Positions 7,922 through 14,909 of a DNA stretch of 20,000 nucleotides are shown piece by piece (position 1 is the first letter of the stretch; each line of letters begins with the position of its first letter). This stretch comes from an uncultured virus (IMG/VR IMGVR_UViG_3300025174_000013). Taxonomy: Duplodnaviria; Heunggongvirae; Uroviricota; Caudoviricetes. Made by a program: the position numbers and the translations under genes. The notes under the pieces were generated by a model. The model did no database searches, had not been told where the DNA came from, and was given only the letters and a program-made list of their open reading frames with translations. The stretch is taken from positions 55,145 through 75,144 of the IMG/VR virus record IMGVR_UViG_3300025174_000013, one strand, 5' to 3'.

Positions 7922-7953
7922 TTAGTTAAATACTACTTCATTATAACTACTTT

Positions 7954-8178
7954 ATGGCAACTGTATTTATAATTGATGGAAAACCACAAATGAAACAGCG
8001 ATTACCATATATTCCACGAGAAGGTGAAGTAGTAGAAATTGTTTCACCCAATGAAATTGGTGTTTATGTGGTTGATTTGATTCAACATAGAATTGATCTG
8101 AAAAGTACTATAGGCGTTGTAGATACGATGGTTCACATTACTAAAACTGAAAAAAAGAAAACAAAAAAGAGTGATTAA
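7954..8178 (+). CDS. Hypothetical beta-rich small protein
   Basis: 74-aa ORF; GTTAAATA at 7925. Confidence 0.7.
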   Translation: MATVFIIDGKPQMKQRLPYIPREGEVVEIVSPNEIGVYVVDLIQHRIDLKSTIGVVDTMVHITKTEKKKTKKSD

Positions 8179-8535
8179 ATGGTTGGTTCCATTATTGGAA
8201 ACATAAAAAACTCTGTTTGTGGTTGGGATGGCAAAATTTTAGGTAAGGGTTCATCTAAACAAGGACATTCTCACAAAGAACTTATGAAGTGTTTATACAA
8301 AAGTAATATGGAACTAAGTAAATCTATGCAAATATCTAGAAAGTTAGAAGAAGAGGTAAAAGCACTTCAAGAACAACTTGCCCATTATATTATCAAAGAA
8401 CAAAAGGAAAAAGAAAATACAGGATTAATGGATGTAAAAGAAGTAATAAATGTAGATGATAGTAAAACTGAGGCAAAAGACCTTTTAGAAGCAGAATCAA
8501 TAATAGATGAATCACTTGGAAACAATACCGCATAA
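8179..8535 (+). CDS. Hypothetical coiled-coil protein
   Basis: 118-aa ORF abutting previous stop. Confidence 0.7.
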   Translation: MVGSIIGNIKNSVCGWDGKILGKGSSKQGHSHKELMKCLYKSNMELSKSMQISRKLEEEVKALQEQLAHYIIKEQKEKENTGLMDVKEVINVDDSKTEAKDLLEAESIIDESLGNNTA

Positions 8536-8755
8536 GTATTTGATATCGAAAGGAATATCTTTTCCTATTTTAGAGGAAGGAGATCCAGTACCAGTAATAC
8601 AATTAGAATGTTATGAATACATAATAAAAGAAGGTGAAGATGGATGGTACTCAGCAGAATGTGAAGAATTACATGCCATAACTCAAGGAAAAACATGGGA
8701 CGAAATAAAGAATAATATACTAGAAGTTCATTCCTTAATGTTAGAGGCACAATGA
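8507..8755 (+). CDS. HicB-like antitoxin N-terminal domain (orphan)
   Basis: EDGWYSAECEELHAITQGKTWDEIKNNILE matches the HicB partial RNase H fold pattern; real start may be TTG 8540. Confidence 0.7.
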   Translation: MNHLETIPHKYLISKGISFPILEEGDPVPVIQLECYEYIIKEGEDGWYSAECEELHAITQGKTWDEIKNNILEVHSLMLEAQ

Positions 8756-9033
8756 TATTAAACCACGAAAAAAATACAGATCCCACTCTTTATGAAGCAA
8801 GAGTAGGTTGTATGAATTGTGATGCAGTTAAAGTAATGGGAATAAAAAAAGGTAAGTCAGTTGATGACTGGTTAAAAACAGAAAAAATTAAATGTCCTTC
8901 ATGCGAGTGTCTAGAAACACTCCAGTCATGGAAACAATATCTGGCAGGAAGAGCAATGATAACACAAATTGTAAAAATGTCTGAAAAAGAAGAAGATATT
9001 GAAGGAAAAGGAAGGTTAGGTCACTTTGGCTGA
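8752..9033 (+). CDS. Zn-ribbon protein
   Basis: CMNC...CPSC. Confidence 0.7.
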   Translation: MILNHEKNTDPTLYEARVGCMNCDAVKVMGIKKGKSVDDWLKTEKIKCPSCECLETLQSWKQYLAGRAMITQIVKMSEKEEDIEGKGRLGHFG

Positions 9034-9160
9034 GAGATGCCCACAATGTGGTAAAAAAATGTGGAATATGCAAACTTGTCATTTGTTTTGTGGAAATTGT
9101 GGTGCTCATTTAGATTGTGCTGATAAAGGATGTTCTAATAATCCCGAATCAACATGGTAG
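9026..9160 (+). CDS. 44-aa archaeal Zn-finger microprotein (resembles HVO_2523-type CPxCG family)
   Basis: CPQCG...TCHLFCGNCGAHLDCADKG; TTG start; family resemblance from recall only. Confidence 0.65.
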   Translation: MAERCPQCGKKMWNMQTCHLFCGNCGAHLDCADKGCSNNPESTW

Positions 9161-9216
9161 ATATAAATCTTTTTCATCAAATTAATCTTTAAATGTTATT
9201 AGTGTTATACACTTTT

Positions 9217-9330
9217 ATGATTACTAATCATTGTAACAATGATATGCATAATCTTTGTAATAAACCAGTAAGCTGTGAATGTAAATGCCATAAAAATAGA
9301 TGGGGTACATATCGTGTAGGTGGTGGTTAA
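9217..9330 (+). CDS. 37-aa Cys/His microprotein
   Basis: HC....H..C.....CECKCH. Confidence 0.55.
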   Translation: MITNHCNNDMHNLCNKPVSCECKCHKNRWGTYRVGGG

Positions 9331-9452
9331 TGATGAATAACGAACTTCCTAAAGGTGGTGGTATATGTTTTATATGTAATGAACCATGCTTACCACTTCA
9401 TTATACACACCCGCAGTGCAGAATAGATTTTCAAAAAATTGAAAAAAGATGA
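9330..9452 (+). CDS. 40-aa Zn-finger microprotein
   Basis: CFIC...HPQC; TAATG overlap. Confidence 0.55.
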   Translation: MMNNELPKGGGICFICNEPCLPLHYTHPQCRIDFQKIEKR

Positions 9453-9458
9453 TTAGCT

Positions 9459-9554
9459 TTGACTAAGTATTGTGCAGAATGTGGAAAAGAAACAAATATT
9501 ACCTATAAGAATATATGTTTGTCTTGTCAAATGAAAGTGAACAAAGATGGTTAA
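9459..9554 (+). CDS. 31-aa Zn-finger microprotein (TTG start)
   Basis: CAECG...CLSC. Confidence 0.5.
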   Translation: MTKYCAECGKETNITYKNICLSCQMKVNKDG

Positions 9555-10011
9555 ACAAACGTTTTCTATATTTAAAGAGAAGTTTACACAAACAGATTTG
9601 GATAGAATAGATCCAAGAATAAAAAAATATCTCGATGGATGGAAATTAGTTGAACTTTATAAAGGAAAAGTAGTAACTCTTCCACCTGATTGGAATTCTG
9701 AGATATTTCCATACAAATATTGTGAAGTCTATAAGGATGCAAACAGTCCAAATCCCGGCGAAGAAGAGAACGAAATTCAATTATATTTATCATGTGGATG
9801 GCGTGGATATGACGATGAAGTTGTAATTGTTTTAATGATTGTAGGAACTAATGTATTAAATGGTACAGATAAGGTAAGTGCAGAAATACATAAAATGAGT
9901 GGTGCATCTATGAAATTATATAAGAATAATAAACTAATCACTGACTTTACAAAACAAAGCTTTTGGCGAAAAGAATCATTGGATAAGGTTTGGATTGAAC
10001 GCTTGGACTAG
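9547..10011 (+). CDS. Hypothetical protein
   Basis: 154-aa ORF in overlapping gene chain. Confidence 0.7.
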   Translation: MVKQTFSIFKEKFTQTDLDRIDPRIKKYLDGWKLVELYKGKVVTLPPDWNSEIFPYKYCEVYKDANSPNPGEEENEIQLYLSCGWRGYDDEVVIVLMIVGTNVLNGTDKVSAEIHKMSGASMKLYKNNKLITDFTKQSFWRKESLDKVWIERLD

Positions 10012-10264
10012 CTTTTGGAACTGGTACGAAAATAAGGTACTTGGTTCAGTAATTATTATTGCAATTATTCAAATAATTCAAATCCCACACATGATTTGGA
10101 ATCTTGACCTTTATCTACAATGGGGACAAATTTCTAGAGTAAATCCTGTATTAGATTGGCTCTTATACGGTGTGGATTTGATTGAAATAGTATCAATTAT
10201 TCAAGTATCATTTATATTATACTCAATGATTAGAAAGAGGTTGAAGAGAAAATGCCAAAAATAA
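9995..10264 (+). CDS. Small two-TM membrane protein
   Basis: Two hydrophobic segments and basic C-terminus. Confidence 0.65.
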   Translation: MNAWTSFWNWYENKVLGSVIIIAIIQIIQIPHMIWNLDLYLQWGQISRVNPVLDWLLYGVDLIEIVSIIQVSFILYSMIRKRLKRKCQK

Positions 10265-10896
10265 TAATTAAGGTAAAGGAAGAGTATTTAGTATTAGTTC
10301 CAAGACCAACAAAAGAAGAACGTATGGCATTAAAAGAAGATATAATGCTACGCGGACAACATGATCCAATAGTAATTAATAGAGATGGATTCATATTAGA
10401 TGGATATACAAGATATGAAATTTGTCAAGAACTTGGAATAGAAGTTAAATATAGAATACAAGAATTTGCAACAAAAGAAGAGGAAAAAAGATATGTAATA
10501 AACTGCAATGTAAGAAGAAGACATCTGAATGCATTTCAACGAGTAGGATTAATGTACGACATGTATGTTATGGAAAAAGCACTTGCATTAAAAAGACATT
10601 ATGGTAATAAAGATTATAACGGCATAAAAAGAGGAAATGTAGGTGACATAGTAGGAAAAACGATAGGAGTAAATGGTATGACAGTATCAAAATCAGTATA
10701 CATAATGGAACATGCAAGTACTGAAATACAGGATAAGGTAAAAAATGGGAAAATAAGTATAGAAAAAGCCTATCTTGATTTAAAAAACCTCAGTCATGCA
10801 AGAATACTTCGTAAAAGCTATATCAAGAATGAAACAAAGTTAATATGTCCTCATTGTCAACAAATATCAAAGAAAAAAGAGTGGAAAATAGCATGA
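10252..10896 (+). CDS. ParB/Srx-like N-terminal domain protein with HTH-like region and C-terminal CxxC
   Basis: LKEDIMLRGQHDPIVIN...ILDGYTRYEIC.ELG, NVRRRHLN. Confidence 0.8.
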   Translation: MPKIIIKVKEEYLVLVPRPTKEERMALKEDIMLRGQHDPIVINRDGFILDGYTRYEICQELGIEVKYRIQEFATKEEEKRYVINCNVRRRHLNAFQRVGLMYDMYVMEKALALKRHYGNKDYNGIKRGNVGDIVGKTIGVNGMTVSKSVYIMEHASTEIQDKVKNGKISIEKAYLDLKNLSHARILRKSYIKNETKLICPHCQQISKKKEWKIA

Positions 10897-11135
10897 CTGA
10901 ACAAACAAAACTAGACTTGCGTGGGCTTTTTGTGCCAGAGACTTTGTTTAAAATAGAAATAGAAATGAGTAAAATGGAAGACGGTGATACTGTATTAATA
11001 CTAACAGATGACCTTAACTCGGAAGAATGGGTAATAAGATGGGCTCACAAAAATGGTCATGAGTTAATAGCATCAGAGAAAGTTGCAACTGGATTAAACA
11101 TAACATTAAAGAAAGGTGGGTATTCTATACAATGA
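10893..11135 (+). CDS. TusA/SirA-like protein lacking the catalytic cysteine
   Basis: LDLRGLFVPET vs family LDxxGLxCPxP; GDTVLILTDD, W..KNGHEL, ITLKK; ATGA overlap gives start 10893. Confidence 0.75.
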   Translation: MTEQTKLDLRGLFVPETLFKIEIEMSKMEDGDTVLILTDDLNSEEWVIRWAHKNGHELIASEKVATGLNITLKKGGYSIQ

Positions 11136-11290
11136 AATGCTGGTTTTGTGTAAAAGAAAGGCATAAGGATTGTATGAGAATTATTCCAGAAAGTGCAATA
11201 CAGATAAAAGGAATTAAGGAGGATTGTTCATTCGATGTTGTTAATATACCTTGTGAGTGTTTTGAATCAGACAGAAAATTACATGAATAA
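11132..11290 (+). CDS. 52-aa Cys/His microprotein
   Basis: CWFC....H..C...CEC...H; ATGA overlap. Confidence 0.6.
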   Translation: MKCWFCVKERHKDCMRIIPESAIQIKGIKEDCSFDVVNIPCECFESDRKLHE

Positions 11291-11306
11291 TTGTTATTTT
11301 GTACAA

Positions 11307-11335
11307 ACAAGGGTTTATATACCCTATAGTATATA
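11307..11335 (+). promoter_or_regulatory. Conserved promoter/operator, copy 3
   Basis: ACAAGGGTTTATATACCCTATAGTATATA; TTTATATA at 11314, ATG at 11344. Confidence 0.8.
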
Positions 11336-11343
11336 GGTATAAT

Positions 11344-11478
11344 ATGAATCAAAAAGAAGCACAAGATTTGATCAAGGAATTGCGAGAGATTGGAGCCATT
11401 GTTGATTTTAGACCAGCACGGGCAAAAGAACGACTTGATCAAGTGATTGCAACTTTACGGAATGGGATAACTTCATGA
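11344..11478 (+). CDS. 44-aa helical microprotein coupled to the helicase
   Basis: MNQKEAQDLIKELREIGAIVDFRPARAKERLDQVIATLRNGITS; leaderless start, ATGA overlap. Confidence 0.7.
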   Translation: MNQKEAQDLIKELREIGAIVDFRPARAKERLDQVIATLRNGITS

Positions 11479-12635
11479 GTGTTAATCTTCGTGACTATCA
11501 AACTGATGCAAAAGACAAGTTCTTTAATGCTAACAAACGGGGGACATTTTTATTCGCAACAGGAACGGGCAAAACCGAAATAGCAATAGGAATCATGGAA
11601 CAATACTTACAAGAACGAAAAGAAGTTAAAATCTTGTTTCTTGCTCCTAGAATAACATTAGTAGAACAAACCACTGAACGAATAAGGGGTTATGGTTTAA
11701 TTGCTGGCTCATATTATTCACTTGAAAAGGAATTAGAGCAACCAATAATTGTTTCAACTTATCAAAGCATTAGTAATGAATTACATCTTATCAATGAGTT
11801 TGACTTTATTGTTTTTGATGAAGTACATTTGGCTTCTGATTATGCTGAGAAATTCAGTGAAATAATGAAAGTTGCTGATGATCAAGGCTTGCATATGTTA
11901 TGTTTAACCGCTACTTTGGATAAATTCAATTATGAACGATTTGGTACAATTCTACGAACTTGTCCAGTATTAGGCGAAATAGATTTGAATGATGCCATTA
12001 ACAATGATTATCTTTCTCCAGTCGTAGTTGAAGATCATAGCGTCAATCTTTCACCTGAAAGTCAAAGACTTTACAATGAATACAGTAATGCAATTAAAAA
12101 TTTAAGTGATGCATTAGGTACATCAAATCCGCGAGATATACAACGAATGCTTGGACGGGTAAGAGAAGCAGGAATGTGGTTTAAAACAGTTCAAGCAAGA
12201 AAGCTTCTTATGGAATATAATCATGAAAAAGCAGATAAAGTATTAGAATTAGTAAAAACCTTCAATGGTGAACAAACCATAATATTTTGTGAAAGAACAA
12301 AGACATTAGAATTACTCAAGGAAAAAATGGGTGATTGTTTTGAATTCATTACAGCAAAAACGGGGAAGAAAAAGAGAAGAGAAATACTTGAAAACTTTGG
12401 TAAAACATTTCATGTAATTGGCACAGTTCACACATTAGACTTAGGTTATGATGTACCAAACATACGACACGGAATCATAGTGGCTAGCAATAAGAATGAA
12501 ACTACCATAGTTCAGCGTATCGGGCGTGTGGTTAGAAAAGCAGAAGGTAAGACTTTATCAAAAATTTATGTCATTTACGCAAAAGGAACACACGAACAAG
12601 GCTTATTCCAAAAAATCAAAGACGCGGTAAAATAG
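11475..12635 (+). CDS. Superfamily 2 helicase (XPB/Rad25-like)
   Basis: LRDYQ Q-motif, ATGTGKT, DEVH, TAT, LGYDVP, QRIGRVVR. Confidence 0.92.
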   Translation: MSVNLRDYQTDAKDKFFNANKRGTFLFATGTGKTEIAIGIMEQYLQERKEVKILFLAPRITLVEQTTERIRGYGLIAGSYYSLEKELEQPIIVSTYQSISNELHLINEFDFIVFDEVHLASDYAEKFSEIMKVADDQGLHMLCLTATLDKFNYERFGTILRTCPVLGEIDLNDAINNDYLSPVVVEDHSVNLSPESQRLYNEYSNAIKNLSDALGTSNPRDIQRMLGRVREAGMWFKTVQARKLLMEYNHEKADKVLELVKTFNGEQTIIFCERTKTLELLKEKMGDCFEFITAKTGKKKRREILENFGKTFHVIGTVHTLDLGYDVPNIRHGIIVASNKNETTIVQRIGRVVRKAEGKTLSKIYVIYAKGTHEQGLFQKIKDAVK

Positions 12636-12667
12636 TTTATATTACGGCAAAAACCTATAATAGTGAT

Positions 12668-12892
12668 ATGACAGAAAAACACTACGTAGTAAAATGTATA
12701 CATGACGAAGATGATAAAGAATGTCTTCATAAAGAAGTATGTGCTATCCATTGCCACAATAATAAAAAGGAAAATTGTTACAAACACTGTAATAAAACAT
12801 GGGCATGTGAGACAGAAGCTCAAGCCCAAGTATTGAAGCAAACACATATAGCAAACGAAACACTGCACAAACCATACATAAAGAAGATGTGA
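12668..12892 (+). CDS. Cys/His-rich small protein
   Basis: 74 aa with multiple C/H pairs; TATA-like ~12636. Confidence 0.6.
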   Translation: MTEKHYVVKCIHDEDDKECLHKEVCAIHCHNNKKENCYKHCNKTWACETEAQAQVLKQTHIANETLHKPYIKKM

Positions 12893-13356
12893 TGGAAACA
12901 TTCAGTAGAGATTTAATCGGCGGAAAGGAAATAGAAAAAACAGTATTAAACATAGTTAAAAAAACATATCCAGATGCACACACGGTAGATGGTTATTGTA
13001 AAGATTGGGACATATACATTCCATCATTAAAAAAAGGAATAGAAGTAAAGTCTGATCAATATTCACAAAAAAGTGGGAATATTGTAGTTGAAGAATCATT
13101 CAATGGAAAACCAAGTGCTTTATCTACAACAAAAGCATCATTATGGGTTTTTCATACTGGCAACAAAATAATTCAAATAACTCCAGATTTATTGAGAATA
13201 ATAATAGCGGAGAACAATTTAAAAACAGTTCAATTTATAGCAAAAGGGGATACACAACCAAAAAAGGCATATTTCGTAAAACAATATCTAATAGAACCCC
13301 GTGCTTTAGCCGTGAATGACGTAAATGACCATGATATAACAATACGAATGGTTTAA
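12889..13356 (+). CDS. PD-(D/E)XK family nuclease-like protein
   Basis: GKEIE...WDIY...IEVKSD, SGNIVVE. Confidence 0.7.
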   Translation: MMETFSRDLIGGKEIEKTVLNIVKKTYPDAHTVDGYCKDWDIYIPSLKKGIEVKSDQYSQKSGNIVVEESFNGKPSALSTTKASLWVFHTGNKIIQITPDLLRIIIAENNLKTVQFIAKGDTQPKKAYFVKQYLIEPRALAVNDVNDHDITIRMV

Positions 13357-13384
13357 ATTACCCTGTTAATCACATAACGATAAC

Positions 13385-13558
13385 ATGGCAACAAATGGTA
13401 ACAACAATACTGAACTAGCCCTAATAGGTTCAACAACCGCTTTAGGATTAGCTGGATTGGCTACAGGAGTAGTAAGCGATGCTAATACATTGTTTGTACT
13501 CATTGGAGCACAACTAGTAGCATTTGGCTTTGTAATAGGTAAGAAACTATTCGGCTAA
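13385..13558 (+). CDS. 57-aa two-helix membrane protein
   Basis: MATNGNNNTELALIGSTTALGLAGLATGVVSDANTLFVLIGAQLVAFGFVIGKKLFG; TTTAAATT at 13352; T-tract after stop. Confidence 0.7.
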   Translation: MATNGNNNTELALIGSTTALGLAGLATGVVSDANTLFVLIGAQLVAFGFVIGKKLFG

Positions 13559-13583
13559 ATCTTTCTCTTTTTTTTCAAGAATC

Positions 13584-13697
13584 ATGCCTCAGAAAAAGCT
13601 CGATTTTTCATCCACTAGAATTTATATATTAGTTGCACTATTAGTACAACCAATCGAAATAGTTATATTACACATTATGTATATAATATATCGATAG
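13584..13697 (+). CDS. Possible 37-aa hydrophobic microprotein
   Basis: MPQKKLDFSSTRIYILVALLVQPIEIVILHIMYIIYR; no clear promoter or RBS. Confidence 0.3.
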   Translation: MPQKKLDFSSTRIYILVALLVQPIEIVILHIMYIIYR

Positions 13698-13803
13698 TGA
13701 GTAATTCCATAGACTCTTACTTCAACTATGAATCGGAGCATCGCCAAAAAGCCGAAAGAGTTGGCAAAGGATTTATCCCAATGAGAGGAATGGGTTCACT
13801 ATT
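13693..13803 (+). ncRNA. Candidate multibranch ncRNA
   Basis: GATAGTGAGT/GTTCACTATT closing stem, ATAG/CTAT and GCCAA/TTGGC arms; TTATATTA at 13663. Confidence 0.55.
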
Positions 13804-13809
13804 AGACAC

Positions 13810-13889
13810 TTCTTTATATAATCACCAATGAAGTACAAGTCAGTTCTTTATATAATTAAAAAATATCAATACATGGTTCTTTATATAAT
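13810..13889 (+). repeat. Three exact 13-bp direct repeats TTCTTTATATAAT
   Basis: Copies at 13810, 13844, 13877 (period 34/33). Confidence 0.9.
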
Positions 13890-14055
13890 GAGTCGCGAAA
13901 TGTGCAAAATGGCGACTTATTAGGCATGATAGGATGCCATATGGCAAAACTATGGTATATATACTAAGTAACCATAAATGGAAATATTATCAATTAACAA
14001 GCCTTTATATACTTGGTATCCGTAAATAGACTAAATACTCTTTAAAGTGTAACAT

Positions 14056-14214
14056 ATGATTACGAGAGTATGCCCAATTTGCGGGGGAATAGTGGAAATA
14101 ACACTAGAGCAACTATACATAAGGAAGAGTTTTCAAGGTAATAAGAAGGAATTCATTGAAAGAGAACTAAGGCTATGCATAAGATGTAAATGGTATAGAT
14201 TCAGTGCTCGTTAA
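14056..14214 (+). CDS. 52-aa Zn-ribbon microprotein
   Basis: CPICGG...CIRCKW. Confidence 0.6.
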   Translation: MITRVCPICGGIVEITLEQLYIRKSFQGNKKEFIERELRLCIRCKWYRFSAR

Positions 14215-14246
14215 GAAGCAATAACTTTATAGGCTATAAGTTTATT

Positions 14247-14336
14247 GTTAATCGCATTAACAGTTAATGGAGTTAACAGTTAACAAGTGGTCAGCTTTCT
14301 TGATATTGGTCAGCTTATTCCGACCACATGTGGTCA
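14247..14336. repeat. Cluster of short direct and inverted repeats upstream of TerS
   Basis: TTAACAGTTAA x2, TGGTCAGCTT x2, palindrome GACCACATGTGGTC 14322-14335. Confidence 0.8.
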
Positions 14337-14465
14337 TAATTAGGCTGAGCTAATACTATACACCCTCCTATACAACTTTTGTGCCTAAAAGGTAATATAT
14401 GCTTATATGGTAACTAAATCATGCAATGCAGGCACGAGAATAATGCAAAATAAAGGGGATATACA

Positions 14466-14909
14466 ATGAGCGAAATACAAGAACCAATGGAGCTAACTAC
14501 CATAGATGTAGAAAACATGACTCCTAAAGAACAGGAGATATACCATAGAAGAATGCGTGTATTTGCTAATCTATTCGTACCGCCTGCAGTTAGGCTAACC
14601 CATGAAGCACTTGCCGAAAACGAAAAGGTAGAAAGGGATACTATAACAAGGGACATAAGGTGGATAAAGATAACATATCCAGATTTATGGTCAAATGAAC
14701 AAATAAAGCATGGATTTGCCTATAGTATGCTAAAAGTATCTAATATGTATGAAGTCATGATTAGGGAATTATACGATAGTTTTCAAGCCACAACTGATAT
14801 ATTCGAGAGAATAGCAATAGCTAAAGCGTTGAATGATTTAATGCCAACATACACCAATTCAAAGGCACATGGAGTAATCTTGGAAAAAATCAAAGGCACG
14901 GTGAAATGA
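14466..14909 (+). CDS. Probable terminase small subunit
   Basis: HTH-like LTHEALAENEKVERDTITRDI plus helical body; ATGA-coupled directly upstream of TerL. Confidence 0.65.
   Translation: MSEIQEPMELTTIDVENMTPKEQEIYHRRMRVFANLFVPPAVRLTHEALAENEKVERDTITRDIRWIKITYPDLWSNEQIKHGFAYSMLKVSNMYEVMIRELYDSFQATTDIFERIAIAKALNDLMPTYTNSKAHGVILEKIKGTVK

Noticed and set aside
13810..13889. CRISPR array
   Set aside because: Repeat only 13 bp, spacers 20-21 nt, three copies and no cas genes in the window
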